Position numbers and translations under genes: made by a program. A DNA stretch of 64,000 nucleotides from Burkholderiales bacterium (lineage in GTDB: Bacteria; Pseudomonadota; Gammaproteobacteria; Burkholderiales; SG8-41): contig DASRJL010000110.1 of NCBI GenBank assembly GCA_035649495.1, positions 37,219-101,218 on the forward strand, written 5' to 3'. Shown here one piece after another: positions 1 through 11,949 of this stretch; position 1 is the stretch's first letter; the number at the start of each line of letters is the position of its first letter. The notes under the pieces were generated by a model. The model was given only the letters and a program-made list of their open reading frames with translations. It was not told the DNA's origin and did not search any database.

Positions 1-41
1 AGTTCCGGACACCGAATGGCCTTCCCGCGCCGTACCTGCCC

Positions 42-629
42 GTGCCTGCCCCGCGCCTGATTCTTGCCTCTACGTCGCCCTATCGTCGCGCTTTGCTGGC
101 GCGATTGCGCATTCCGTTCGACGTGAGGCCGCCTGGCGTGGATGAAACCGCGCTGCCGGCAGAGTCTCCGGCCCGCCTTGCGCTGCGGCTGGCCGAGGCC
201 AAGGCGCGCGCGGTGGGCGCAGACTCTCCGGCCTCGCTCGTGATCGGTTGCGATCAGGTGGCGGCGCTCGACGGCGCATGCCTCGGCAAGCCCGGCGGGC
301 ACGTCGAGGCCGTGGCGCAGCTCACGGCGATGCGCGGCCGCGACGTGGTATTCCACACCGCGCTCGCGCTGCTCAACACCGCGAGCGGCGGGATCCAGCT
401 CGCCTCGGTGCCGACGACGGTGCGTTTTCGCGCCTGCAGCGACCCCGAGATCCAGCGTTACCTCGCGCTCGAGCAGCCGTACGACTGCGCGGGAAGCGCC
501 AGGATCGAGGGCCTGGGCATCGCGCTGGTCGAGCGCGTGACGAACGACGACCCGAGCGCCCTCATCGGGTTGCCCCTCATCCAGCTCGTCACGATGCTGG
601 CCAACGAAGGGGTCCCGGTGATTCGATGA
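42..629 (+). CDS. maf: Maf-like nucleoside triphosphate pyrophosphatase (septum formation inhibitor family)
   Basis: The 195-aa ORF starts LILASTSPYRR..L. It has the internal CDQV and AGSARIEG-like motifs typical of Maf/YceF. GTG start at 42. Confidence 0.85.
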   Translation: MPAPRLILASTSPYRRALLARLRIPFDVRPPGVDETALPAESPARLALRLAEAKARAVGADSPASLVIGCDQVAALDGACLGKPGGHVEAVAQLTAMRGRDVVFHTALALLNTASGGIQLASVPTTVRFRACSDPEIQRYLALEQPYDCAGSARIEGLGIALVERVTNDDPSALIGLPLIQLVTMLANEGVPVIR

Positions 630-1399
630 ACGCCCGGGCAGCGGATAGCGCTGCGGCGCAGGCCGGCGCCGGTCGTCTCGGCACGCTGTACCTGATTCCG
701 ACGGGTCTGGGAAGCGGCGACACAGTCCCGATCCTGCCGCCGGCTACGCTCGCCGTGCTGTCCGGACTGCACCGCTTCATCGTGGAAAACCCCAAATCGG
801 CACGCCGCTTTCTCAAGTCCGCCGGCTATCCGCACCCGCTCTCCGAGGCGAGCATGCAGACGCTCGACGAGCATACTGCCGCGGCGAGACTCCCGGAACT
901 GATCGCGCCGATTCTTGCGGGCGAGGACTGCGGCCTCGTGTCGGAGGCGGGGTGCCCTGCCGTCGCCGATCCCGGGGCCGACCTCGTGCGGCTCGCACAC
1001 GAGCGCGGCGTGCGCGTTGCGCCGCTGGTTGGTCCCTCCGCCGTCCTGCTGGCGCTGATGGCGTCGGGCCTGAACGGGCAGCGTTTCGAATTCCACGGCT
1101 ATCTGCCCATTGATGCCGGGCAACGCGCGCGCAGGCTGCGCGAGCTCGAGGACCAGGCTGAGCGCACGGGCGCGACGCAGATTTTCATCGAAACCCCGTA
1201 CCGGAACGACGCCGTGTTCCAGGCCGTGCTCGATCATTGCCGCGACGACACGCTCCTCTGCGTCGCGGTCGATCTCACGCTGCCTTCGGAAGCGATAGCG
1301 ACCCGCACCATCGCAGAATGGAAAAAAAACCGGCCGCCTCTGAATCGGCGGCCGGCCGTTTTTCTACTGGGATGTCCGGATGCCACACCCCGAAAATGA
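626..1399 (+). CDS. SAM-dependent methyltransferase, tetrapyrrole-methylase (RsmI/YraL-like) superfamily
   Basis: This is the C-terminal 257 aa of track ORF 248..1399, starting MNARAAD. It contains LYLIPTGLG, SEAGCPAVADPG and FIETPYRN motifs. The ATG at 626 overlaps the maf stop (ATGA). The upstream part of the ORF is Arg/Pro-rich out-of-frame maf sequence. Confidence 0.75.
   Translation: MNARAADSAAAQAGAGRLGTLYLIPTGLGSGDTVPILPPATLAVLSGLHRFIVENPKSARRFLKSAGYPHPLSEASMQTLDEHTAAARLPELIAPILAGEDCGLVSEAGCPAVADPGADLVRLAHERGVRVAPLVGPSAVLLALMASGLNGQRFEFHGYLPIDAGQRARRLRELEDQAERTGATQIFIETPYRNDAVFQAVLDHCRDDTLLCVAVDLTLPSEAIATRTIAEWKKNRPPLNRRPAVFLLGCPDATPRK
1330..1364. terminator. Bidirectional intrinsic terminator-like hairpin
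   Basis: Perfect 9-bp stem CCGGCCGCC / GGCGGCCGG (1330-1338 and 1347-1355). An A8 run lies upstream and a T5 run downstream, giving a U-tract on both strands. It sits between convergent methylase and sppA genes, inside the last codons of the methylase ORF. Confidence 0.5.
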
Positions 1400-1467
1400 T
1401 GAATGGTTGGTGATTCAGGGATGTATGCCTATACAAAAGGTGATTCACGACCAGGCATCTCATTCAC

Positions 1468-2427
1468 CTATTTGAGGGTAATTCCTCCGGATACCCCGAA
1501 CCGGGCAAGCGACTCGCCCATCGCCGCCCCGAACTTTTTCGCCAGGCGCTCGGCGACGTTCTCGCGCGGCGTGAAGTCCACGATGTCTTCCGCCTTGATG
1601 ACCTCGCGCGCGACGTAGTCGACGTTGCCCAGGGCGTCGGCCAGGCCCAGCTCTATGCTCTTCTGCCCGACGAAGACGAGCCCGGAAAACACCTCCGGCG
1701 TCTCCTTGAGGCGCTTGTCGCGGCCTTGCCGCACCACGGCGATGAACTGCTGGTGAATCTGGCTCAAGAGCCCCTGGGCGTACTCCTTCTGGGACTCGAC
1801 CACGGGCGAGAACGGGTCCATGAATCCCTTGTTCTCCCCCGCCGTAAGGAGCCGCCGCTCGACGCCGAGCTTTTCGAGCGTGCCGGTAAAGCCGAAGCCA
1901 TCCATCAGCACGCCGATGGAGCCGACGATGCTCGCTTTGTCGACGTAGATCCTGTCGGCCGCCACCGCGATGTAGTACCCGCCCGATGCGCAGATGTCCT
2001 CGATCACCGCGTAGAGCGGGATGTCGGGATACTTGGCCCGCAAGCGGCGGACCTCGTCGTTGATGTAGCCGGCCTGCACCGGGCTGCCGCCGGGGCTGTT
2101 GATGCGCAGTATCACGCCCTGCGTGCGCTTGTCCTTGAAGGCTTCGGCCAGGCCGCTGGTAATGACATCCGCGCTCGCGTTGCTGTCGTGCGCGATCACG
2201 CCGCGCACCTCGACCAGCGCGGTGTGCTTCCCGTGACCCGCGTCCTTCTTCGAGATCCATCCCAGGCCGATGAAGAGCAGGACGAACAGGTAGATGAAAG
2301 CGAGCAGCTTGAAGAATATGCCCCAGTAGCGCGCGCGCCGCTGTTCCTGGATGGCGGCCAGCGCGACCTTCTCGAGCACCTGCCGCTCCCACTGGGGCGC
2401 GGCATCGTTCGTATTGGAATCAGCCAT
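1468..2427 (-). CDS. sppA: Signal peptide peptidase SppA, 36K type
   Basis: Motifs RINSPGGS, CASGGYYIA and SIGV, with an N-terminal TM helix. Start set at MADSNTN (cat at 2425-2427); the longer track ORF extension is not SppA-like. Confidence 0.85.
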   Translation of the reverse strand: MADSNTNDAAPQWERQVLEKVALAAIQEQRRARYWGIFFKLLAFIYLFVLLFIGLGWISKKDAGHGKHTALVEVRGVIAHDSNASADVITSGLAEAFKDKRTQGVILRINSPGGSPVQAGYINDEVRRLRAKYPDIPLYAVIEDICASGGYYIAVAADRIYVDKASIVGSIGVLMDGFGFTGTLEKLGVERRLLTAGENKGFMDPFSPVVESQKEYAQGLLSQIHQQFIAVVRQGRDKRLKETPEVFSGLVFVGQKSIELGLADALGNVDYVAREVIKAEDIVDFTPRENVAERLAKKFGAAMGESLARFGVSGGITLK

Positions 2428-2498
2428 GGTCGGATTTGCCTCGATAGGATGAGATGAAGCAGGGGGAAGAAAGTATACGCCCTCGCTCCGGGCGGATG

Positions 2499-3164
2499 TC
2501 ACCCGTGAAGCGCGAGCCAGTCGCGCAGTTCCGCCACGCTCGTGAGGCATGCCAGCGGCCTGCACGCCAGCAGGGCGTCATGCGCATGCGCGCCGTAGGT
2601 TACGCCGACGGCCGCGACGTCCGCCGCGCGCGCCATCTCCAGGTCGTGCGTGGTGTCTCCAATCATGAGCGTGCGGTCGCTGCGGGCTTCCAGCTGCTGC
2701 ATGACCGCCTGCAGCATGCCGGGATGCGGCTTGGTATGGCCCTCGTCCGCACAGCGCGAAGCGTGGAAGTACGAAACCAGGCCCGTCGCATCCAGCGCGC
2801 GCGCCAGGCCGCGCCGGCTCTTGCCGGTGGCTATCGCCAGCTGATAGCCGGCGGCGTGTAGGCCGGCGACGACTTCGGCGATGCCGGGAAAGAGCGCCGT
2901 GCCGCTGTCGAGCGCGAGGAAGTGGTCCCGGTAGCGATCGACCACGCGTGGATATTGCGAGGGATCCAGGCCGGGCAGGATATGGGACAACGCATCGTGC
3001 AGCCCGAGCCCTATGATATAGCGCGCCTGCTCGTCGCCCGGAATGGGAAGGTCGAGGTCGCGGCAGGCGCCCTGCAGCGACGCGACGATGGCGCCCGCCG
3101 AGTCCATCAGCGTGCCGTCCCAGTCGAAGACGATGAGATCGAAGGAAGTTCGCGGGAATTTCAT
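2499..3164 (-). CDS. HAD-superfamily hydrolase, phosphoglycolate phosphatase-like
   Basis: HAD motifs are present: I = DLIVFDWDGTL, II = ATGKSR, and GDTTHD. Start at MKFPRTSF (3164) overlaps the rluC stop by 4 nt. Confidence 0.8.
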   Translation of the reverse strand: MKFPRTSFDLIVFDWDGTLMDSAGAIVASLQGACRDLDLPIPGDEQARYIIGLGLHDALSHILPGLDPSQYPRVVDRYRDHFLALDSGTALFPGIAEVVAGLHAAGYQLAIATGKSRRGLARALDATGLVSYFHASRCADEGHTKPHPGMLQAVMQQLEARSDRTLMIGDTTHDLEMARAADVAAVGVTYGAHAHDALLACRPLACLTSVAELRDWLALHG

Positions 3165-4105
3165 GCCGCCGGATTTCCCAGCGTCGCGAGGAAGCTCTCG
3201 AGCGGCGCGGGCAGCGGCGCTTCGAGCGAGAGGCTGGCGCCGGTCTGCGGATGCTCGATCACCGTGCGCGCCGCATGCAGGAACATGCGCTTCAGCCCCT
3301 CGCGGGCGAGCGATTTGTTGAGCGCGAAATCCCCATATTTCTCGTCGCCGACGATGGGAAAGCCCAGGTGGGCGAGGTGCACCCTGATCTGATGCGTGCG
3401 GCCGGTCTTCAGTTCCGCTTCCAGCAGGCTGAACTCCGGCCACGACTGCCGCAGGCGGAAGATTGTGTGCGCGGGAGCGCCGTCCTCGCGCACGGCCACC
3501 CGGCGCTCGCCCGACCCGAGCACGTATTTGTCGAGAGGCAGCCGTACGTTGCGCTTGGCATCGCGCCAGCGGCCCTTTACCAGCACGAGATAGAGCTTCA
3601 GCACCTGGCCTTCGCGCAATTGCCGGTGAAGGGCGGTGAGCGCGGACCGGCGCTTGGCCAGCATCAGCACACCGGACGTATCGCGATCCAGGCGATGAAC
3701 GAGCTCCAGGAACGGCGCGTGCGGCCGGGCCGCGCGCAGCTGCTCCACCACGCCATGGCTTACACCGCTGCCGCCGTGCACGGCGACCCCGGCGGGCTTG
3801 TCGATAACGACGAGCACCTCGTCTTCATGGATTATTTCGGCTTGCAGCGGCGGCGCGGCGCGCCGCGCCGCAGCGCCCGCGCTGGTGCGCACCGGGGGTA
3901 CGCGCAGGCGATCCCCCTCCTCCAGGCGATATTCCGCCCGCACCCGGCGGCTGTTCACCCGCACTTCGCCGCTGCGCAGGATGCGGTAGATATGGCTCTT
4001 CGGCACCCCTTTCAGCCGCTTCGTCAGGTAGTTGTCGATGCGCTGGCCGGCCGCTTCGGACCCCACCTCATGCCACGTTGCGAAATCTTTACTTAACTCT
4101 TTCAT
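3161..4105 (-). CDS. rluC: 23S rRNA pseudouridine synthase RluC
   Basis: N-terminal S4 domain (QRIDNYL..., SGEVRVN) and RluA-family core (HRLDRDTSG, TGRTHQIRVH). It lies divergent from rne, as in the classical rluC-rne arrangement. Confidence 0.85.
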   Translation of the reverse strand: MKELSKDFATWHEVGSEAAGQRIDNYLTKRLKGVPKSHIYRILRSGEVRVNSRRVRAEYRLEEGDRLRVPPVRTSAGAAARRAAPPLQAEIIHEDEVLVVIDKPAGVAVHGGSGVSHGVVEQLRAARPHAPFLELVHRLDRDTSGVLMLAKRRSALTALHRQLREGQVLKLYLVLVKGRWRDAKRNVRLPLDKYVLGSGERRVAVREDGAPAHTIFRLRQSWPEFSLLEAELKTGRTHQIRVHLAHLGFPIVGDEKYGDFALNKSLAREGLKRMFLHAARTVIEHPQTGASLSLEAPLPAPLESFLATLGNPAA

Positions 4106-4586
4106 TTGCCTATACTATTCCCTGCACACGGCGATGCCGCTCGATACGCGACCTCCAGTCGGACTCGGAGCAGATTGCTCCCCAGTCGGTCAGGTCACTG
4201 CGCGATCCCGGCCCCGCCACGCGGCCAATGCTCCTGCCTAGGACGGGAGACGAAGCCTCGAAGGAGTGTGCCAGACGCGGTCCGCGCGATTCCGGCAGCC
4301 CGGCACCAGGAGTGCACGAGAGGGCGCGGACGCGATCCGCAGTAATGAAATGGTTAACGTCGCTCACCACCCGGAAGTAGCGATACTAGACGAATTACGC
4401 GCTCAAAACACCGTAAGCAGGCTTCGTATCCGCGAGTGCGGATACGCCGGCAACCGCCAGACATCCGGATATCGTTCATTCCATAGACTCGATGTCGAAA
4501 CGCTGAACCGCTCAGCGCCGCCTGCCTGAAGCGCAGGCCCGCTTAGGTTGCCTAATTCCCGTGTCAGAGCGCGGGAAAGAACAACG
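4106..4586 (+). promoter_or_regulatory. Long rne leader / divergent rluC-rne control region
   Basis: A 481-bp non-coding gap lies upstream of rne. In enterobacteria the RNase E leader is long, structured and autoregulatory. A local hairpin TTCCCG...CGGGAA sits just 5' of the start. No homology to the enterobacterial element is claimed. Confidence 0.4.
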
Positions 4587-7364
4587 ATGAAGCGCATGCT
4601 GTTCAATGCGACGCAGGTCGAAGAACTGCGCGTCGCCATCGTCGATGGTCAGAAACTCATAGACCTCGACATCGAGACTCCCGGCAAGGAGCAACGCAAG
4701 AGCAACATCTACAAGGGGCTCATCACCCGCGTCGAGCCCAGCCTCGAGGCCGCGTTCATCGACTACGGCGCGGACCGCCACGGTTTCCTGCCGTTCAAGG
4801 AAATCGCCCGGGCCTATTTCAAGTCGGGGGTCGACGTCGGGCGCGCCCGCATCCAGGACGCCGTGGAGGAAGGCCAGGAGCTGATCGTCCAGGTCGACAA
4901 GGACGAGCGCGGCAACAAGGGCGCCGCCCTCACCACGTTCATCAGTCTCGCCGGGCGCTATCTCGTGCTGATGCCCAACAACCCGCGCGGCGGCGGCGTA
5001 TCGCGCCGCGTGGAAGGTGAAGACCGCAACGAGCTGAAGGACGTCATCGACCAGCTGCCCATTCCCCAGGGCATGAGCGTGATCGGGCGAACGGCCGCCA
5101 TCGGCCGCACCGCCGAAGAGTTGAATTGGGACCTCACCTACCTGCTGCAGCTCTGGACCGCCGTCGAAGGCGCGGCGAAACAGCAAAGCGGCGCTTTCCT
5201 GATCTACCAGGAATCGAGCCTGGTGATACGCGCCATCCGCGACTACTTCCACCAGGACATCGGCGAGGTGCTGATCGACACCGAGGCCATCTACGAGCAG
5301 GCGCAGCAGTTCATGAGCCACGTCATGCCGCAGAACGTCGCCCGCATCAAGCTCTACAAGGACGACGTGCCGCTCTTCTCGCGCTTCCAGATCGAGCACC
5401 AGATCGAGTCGGCCTTCTCGCGCGCGGTGAATCTCCCGGCGGGCGGCGCCGTGGTGTTCGACCATACCGAGGCGCTGGTCGCCATCGACGTCAACTCCGC
5501 GCGCGCGACCAAGGGCGCCGATATCGAGGAAACCGCGTTCCGCACCAACATGGAGGCCGCCGACGAGATCGCCAGGCAGCTCAGGTTGCGCGATCTGGGT
5601 GGGCTGATCGTGATCGACTTCATCGACATGGAGAACAGCCGCAACCAGCGCGAGGTCGAGAACCGGATGCGCGACGCCCTGCACCACGACCGGGCCCGCG
5701 TACAGACCGGGAAGATTTCGCGCTTCGGGCTGATGGAGCTGTCGCGGCAGCGGCTGCGCCCGTCGCTCGGGGAAACCGCGCACAATGCCTGCCCGCGCTG
5801 CCACGGCGTCGGCCACATCCGCGGTACCGAGTCCACCGCGCTGCACATCCTGCGCATCATCCAGGAAGAGGCCATGAAGGAGAACACGGCGTCCGTGCAC
5901 GCCCAGGTTCCGGTGGACGTGGCCACGTTCCTCCTGAACGAGAAGCGCGTGGATCTCCAGATGATCGAGGGCCGCCACCGGGTGTCGGTGATGCTGATAC
6001 CCAACGTTCACCTGGAAACCCCGAACTACGCGGTTTCCCGCCTGAAGCACGACGAGTTGAATCGCACGGAGCCTCTGCCCGCGAGCTACAACCTGGTCGA
6101 GCAGCCGACCGAGGAGCAGAAAGCTACCGCGGGTGCCGCCGAGCCGGCCGCGCCGCGGCCTGAGGCAGTGGTCCGCGGCATCACGCCGCAGCAGCCCGCG
6201 CCCATGCCGGCGGCCGTGCCGGCGCCCGCACCTGCGGCGGCGGCTCCGGCTCCGTTCGAAGCGGTTTCAGCCGTACCGGCGCAAGGCCCGTCCATCATTG
6301 GCAAGCTGTTCGGCTGGTTGAAGCGTCAGCCCGCGGACGCCGCGCCGAAAACCGTCGAGGCGGCACCCCAGCCCGCGCCGGCCCCGGCGCAGCGCGACCG
6401 CGACCGCGGGCGCGACCGCGGGCCGCGGCGCGGCGGGCGCCACGAGCGCTCCGACCGCGAGGGCCCGCGCCGGGATGGCGACCGCCAGCGCGAGGGCGGG
6501 CACCGTCCGCGCCTGGAAGGCGGGCAGCAGCCGCAACAGGGACAGCGGGACCGCAACGACGGGCGCCAGCGTTCCGAGCAGGAACGCCAGGGAGAGCGTC
6601 GCGATTTCCGGCGACCCGATGGGCACCCGCAGCCGCAGCAGCGGCGCGAGCGGGAAGAGACGCCCCGCAATCCTCAGCAGCCGCCAATGCAGGAGCCGCA
6701 GGCCGGCGGACAGCCGGGCGGGGAGCGGCACGGCGGAGAGCGCGAGGGTCGCGAAGGAAGGGGTCGGCGCCGCCGCCGCGGCGGGCGTGACCGCCACGGG
6801 GAGCGCCCGCAGCAGGGCGCAGGGCAGCAACATGAACGCGGCGGCCAGCAGTTCGATCGCGGTGGGCAGCGGCACGAGCCGAGCGGGCAGCAGGAAGAGC
6901 ACGGTGGAATGCAGCAGCAGCCTTCACCGAGGCCGGAGACCTACGCTCCCGCGGCTGAAGCGCCGGCAGCCCCTGCCCGGCGCGAGCCTGTCGCCGCCCC
7001 GGCCATCGTGCCCGAAGGCGGCATCGTGAAGGTTGCGGATGAGATCGTTCGCGAGGATTATCGGGCTGCGCCTCCCGCGCCGCCGCCCGCTCCGATCACT
7101 CCTTCCGTTCCAGCGGCTTCCGAGCCTGTTGCTGCTCCGGTGGCGCGCCGCGCCCCGCCGCCGGTCGAGCTGGAATGGCCGTCGGACCTGGTGCAAGTGG
7201 AGTCCGATCCCAACAAGGTGAAGACCGTGCAGCAGCAGGCGCCGCAGGAAGAATCGGCGACCCGGCCGCGGCGCGAACGCCCCGCCCCGGCTCCCGTCGT
7301 CGAGGAACCGCTGGTGCAGATCGAGACCGCGCGGAAGTCACCGGCGGAAGCGCCGCCTGCATAA
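4587..7364 (+). CDS. rne: Ribonuclease E
   Basis: The N-terminus [23 protein letters not shown] and the S1, DNase-I-like and Zn-link (CPRCHGVG) regions are unmistakable. The C-terminal half is Arg/Gln/Pro-rich low complexity, typical of the degradosome scaffold. Confidence 0.95.
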   Translation: MKRMLFNATQVEELRVAIVDGQKLIDLDIETPGKEQRKSNIYKGLITRVEPSLEAAFIDYGADRHGFLPFKEIARAYFKSGVDVGRARIQDAVEEGQELIVQVDKDERGNKGAALTTFISLAGRYLVLMPNNPRGGGVSRRVEGEDRNELKDVIDQLPIPQGMSVIGRTAAIGRTAEELNWDLTYLLQLWTAVEGAAKQQSGAFLIYQESSLVIRAIRDYFHQDIGEVLIDTEAIYEQAQQFMSHVMPQNVARIKLYKDDVPLFSRFQIEHQIESAFSRAVNLPAGGAVVFDHTEALVAIDVNSARATKGADIEETAFRTNMEAADEIARQLRLRDLGGLIVIDFIDMENSRNQREVENRMRDALHHDRARVQTGKISRFGLMELSRQRLRPSLGETAHNACPRCHGVGHIRGTESTALHILRIIQEEAMKENTASVHAQVPVDVATFLLNEKRVDLQMIEGRHRVSVMLIPNVHLETPNYAVSRLKHDELNRTEPLPASYNLVEQPTEEQKATAGAAEPAAPRPEAVVRGITPQQPAPMPAAVPAPAPAAAAPAPFEAVSAVPAQGPSIIGKLFGWLKRQPADAAPKTVEAAPQPAPAPAQRDRDRGRDRGPRRGGRHERSDREGPRRDGDRQREGGHRPRLEGGQQPQQGQRDRNDGRQRSEQERQGERRDFRRPDGHPQPQQRREREETPRNPQQPPMQEPQAGGQPGGERHGGEREGREGRGRRRRRGGRDRHGERPQQGAGQQHERGGQQFDRGGQRHEPSGQQEEHGGMQQQPSPRPETYAPAAEAPAAPARREPVAAPAIVPEGGIVKVADEIVREDYRAAPPAPPPAPITPSVPAASEPVAAPVARRAPPPVELEWPSDLVQVESDPNKVKTVQQQAPQEESATRPRRERPAPAPVVEEPLVQIETARKSPAEAPPA

Positions 7365-7367
7365 TTC

Positions 7368-7402
7368 GGTCAGGGGTCATGCGTCAGGCGTCAGGCGACC
7401 TG
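7368..7402 (+). repeat. Tandem heptad repeat (GGTCAGG GGTCATG CGTCAGG CGTCAGG CGACCTG)
   Basis: A 7-nt periodicity is visible directly after the rne stop codon. The same GTCAGGS heptads recur at 59445-59479. Confidence 0.7.
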
Positions 7403-7415
7403 AACTACCGTCATG

Positions 7416-7463
7416 GGTCAGGCGTCGCAGCTGATGCGTCACGCATGACGCATCAGCCTGACC
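7416..7463. terminator. Strong intergenic stem-loop between convergent rne and LMW-PTP genes
   Basis: Perfect 12-bp stem GCTGATGCGTCA / TGACGCATCAGC (7430-7441 and 7446-7457) with a CGCA loop. It is extended by GGTCAG / CTGACC. There is no clear U-tract, so the terminator function is inferred from position only. Confidence 0.45.
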
Positions 7464-7481
7464 GGAACGGGTCTCCAGTCG

Positions 7482-7979
7482 CTAGTCCCTAGTCTCCAGT
7501 TCCTGCCGCAAGTGCGTCAGTAGCCCGTCGGCAGCCGCTTCGAGCCGGTCGAGCACTGCGTTGAAATCCTCTTCGCTCCCCTGGTAAGGATCGGGGATCT
7601 CGAGATCCTCGGCGCCGGGCGCGAATTCCATGAAGAGCTTGAGCTTGTGGGCCTGCTCCTTCGGGCAGATCGGCGCCAGCGCCTTGAGATTGTGCTGGTC
7701 CATCGCCAGCACGTAGTCGAACTCCAGAAAATCGCGCCGGATGACCTGCCGGCCGCGCAGCTTGCTCAAATCGTAGCCGCGCCGGTTGGCGGCCTGCTGC
7801 GCCCGTGGATCGGGGGCGTCGCCGACGTGGTAGTCGTGAGTGCCGGCCGAGTCGACCTTAACCCGATCGGATAGGCCAACCTGGGCTAGCTTGTGAAGAA
7901 ACAGCCCCTCCGCGCTCGGTGAGCGGCAGATATTTCCGGTACAAACGAACAAGACCTTGATTATCTTCTCGTCAGGCAT
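7482..7979 (-). CDS. Low-molecular-weight protein-tyrosine phosphatase
   Basis: Contains the CTGNICRSP P-loop (C-X5-R-S) and the downstream DP motif (IPDPY). 165 aa. Confidence 0.85.
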   Translation of the reverse strand: MPDEKIIKVLFVCTGNICRSPSAEGLFLHKLAQVGLSDRVKVDSAGTHDYHVGDAPDPRAQQAANRRGYDLSKLRGRQVIRRDFLEFDYVLAMDQHNLKALAPICPKEQAHKLKLFMEFAPGAEDLEIPDPYQGSEEDFNAVLDRLEAAADGLLTHLRQELETRD

Positions 7980-8233
7980 TGATTCAGTACGTTAAAACCG
8001 CTTCTCACAATCACAACCGAACGCGTGATGATACGCGCAGTTGGCGCCGATCTCACCGATCTCGATTGGAGGTGGTCATCTCCAGCGGCTTGCCCCTGTG
8101 CACGCGTGCTGAACTTGATGGCACTGATTGCGTGCGACACCGAGATGGAACGTTGTCCCGGGACTCGCGGATGTCCCGGGCGGATCATTTAGACAGGCTG
8201 CATCCCCATGCTGAGGATTGCGCCATACGATGC

Positions 8234-8536
8234 TTATCTATTATCGTTCACGAGGAGCGCCAAAAGCTCCGGCACCATCGCGGCAGCGGCGAAGCATAGC
8301 AGAACTACGGTCGCCCCGACCCCCAATCCGCCAACCACCGCAACAAAGCCTTGGAACTTTCTGCTGATTACGCTGAAGTGCAGGCCACAGCTGCGGCAAC
8401 GATAGGGTGAGAACACCCCGAACCGGGACCCGCCTTTCCCATGGAAGGAGGAACGGCGTACGTTCTGGGTCATGCACCTTGGGCAGCGTCTGAACAATTC
8501 GTCCTCGGTGGCCGCAGCGCGTGTGGCGCTCGTCAA
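8234..8536 (-). CDS. Hypothetical zinc-ribbon (CxxC...CxxC) protein with C-terminal TM helix
   Basis: CPRC...CRSC pairs are followed by the hydrophobic stretch FVAVVGGLGVGATVVLLCFAAAAMV. It lies in an AT-richer segment and no family was recognised. Confidence 0.4.
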   Translation of the reverse strand: MTSATRAAATEDELFRRCPRCMTQNVRRSSFHGKGGSRFGVFSPYRCRSCGLHFSVISRKFQGFVAVVGGLGVGATVVLLCFAAAAMVPELLALLVNDNR

Positions 8537-9296
8537 CTAGGTAACAGGGGGGACATGGCTTACTTCTTCCGGCGATGAAAGTGGGCGATGCGGAGGGACT
8601 CGGGCCGCCGCAGAACCGTCTGCAACCAGACAGACTGTCCATTTATCGTCAGCGGATACCAAGCAAACCAGGGTTGCCAGTCGGCTGAGGCACCCCGAGC
8701 GTAGGGTGTTTTCATCGCTGCCCTCCCGGAAGGAGAGAACAGCAAGATGCGGGCCAGACGAGAGCCGGTGAGGCGCTCGCGGTGCGGTCCGAGGCTCAGT
8801 CGCTCTCAGCGGCCAAGTTCGCTCATCGCTTTCTTGATGTCGGATTCGGCGACGTCGAGTTCGATGAGCGCACTTCGCAAGCTCGATACATTCATGTCGG
8901 CGTCGCGCGCCTGATTGATCCTACGCCTCAGGGCGCTCTGAGCGTGACCGAGGGCACTCAGGGCTTTCTTCAGGCGAGTCTTGGCTGTATCAACAGAAAT
9001 AGATCCTCCTCGACCGGCTTGTCACCGTGCCCGCTGTGAGCCGCTCTGCCGCTTCCTATTGCCTCGCGGCAATCTACTGAACGCTATTTCCATTTTCAAG
9101 GTATTACAGGCAGTGCGACAGTATAGCGCTAACCATTTGATATAACTGTTGTTCTGTGGCGTTTCCGGTACAGATGAACCAAGACCCTTATTTTGTCCTT
9201 TTCACTTTATCGCGACGGACCGGATCTGGCCCTCAAGAGACCTCTCTCACAGTCGTAATGACCTGGAGGACATCCCTGCGAAACAGATTGTGAAAC

Positions 9297-9659
9297 GTGA
9301 TGCCAAGGAAGTGCCCTACTGTCGGTCCGGAAACGCGGCTTCTTCGGTCGCCCCGTTCCCGCACGACAATCCAGTTCGGCATCGCCATCCTCATCTGCCT
9401 CACCGCGCTTGATACCGCAGCCACTCCTATCCGCCGGCTCCAGTCCGGCCTCGTGGAATCGGGCATCGCACAACTGGCGCCCCGGCTGACAACCGTTGCA
9501 GCAGTCGCTGTTTCGCCGTCCATCGTCCCTCTCGAAGCCGGCTCGCTGAAAGTGGTCAAGAACGCCCTGAGAGTTGTCTCCGGCCTCATTGCCAAGACTT
9601 CGCAGCAATCGAGAGCCGCGGCGGTCCGTATGGCGACGATCATCGGCTTTCGCGGCTAG
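9297..9659 (+). CDS. Hypothetical small (possibly secreted) protein
   Basis: This frame has high third-position G+C over 9420-9659 and a hydrophobic N-region (FGIAILICLTAL). No family was recognised. A competing antisense ORF 9233..9643 looks less gene-like. Confidence 0.3.
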   Translation: MMPRKCPTVGPETRLLRSPRSRTTIQFGIAILICLTALDTAATPIRRLQSGLVESGIAQLAPRLTTVAAVAVSPSIVPLEAGSLKVVKNALRVVSGLIAKTSQQSRAAAVRMATIIGFRG

Positions 9660-9673
9660 ACGCGGCGCCTTCC

Positions 9674-11815
<2,142 letters not shown>

Positions 11816-11949
11816 TGGGTGATAGATGCGGCCAAACCGTTAATTTTCCCATACCGAAGCCGCCCGCTGCCACAAGTTCTGGCGGCAAGCGCAGGCAAGC
11901 GGGTACAATTGCGGCTGTTTCGTAACGATTTCACCTGCCTCGGATAGCC

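Noticed and set aside
248-625. N-terminal 126-aa extension of the methyltransferase ORF (track ORF 248..1399).
   Set aside because: The extension is out-of-frame maf sequence with extreme Arg/Pro content. The methylase homology begins at the ATG at 626, which overlaps the maf stop.
6330-7000. Apparent repetitive DNA in the rne 3' half ([14 protein letters not shown]-rich tracts) and the many antisense ORFs there.
   Set aside because: This is the low-complexity Arg-rich C-terminal scaffold typical of RNase E. There is no discrete tandem-repeat unit or mobile element.
8560-8745. 61-aa ORF (W-rich: WQPWFAWYPLTINGQSVWL).
   Set aside because: It is short, no family was recognised, and the start is ambiguous. 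It is mentioned only as part of the AT-rich cassette finding.
8806-9000. Minus-strand 64-codon helical ORF (ISVDTAKTRLKKALSALGHAQSALRRRINQARDADMNVSSLRSALIELDVAESDIKKAMSELGR) preceded by GGAGGA. The overlapping plus-strand ORF 8782..9039 was also considered.
   Set aside because: There is no ATG/GTG/TTG between the upstream in-frame stop and an ATT only 3 nt after the SD-like sequence. The first ATG would give only 29 aa. The plus-strand ORF has no recognisable features. Neither can be supported from sequence alone.
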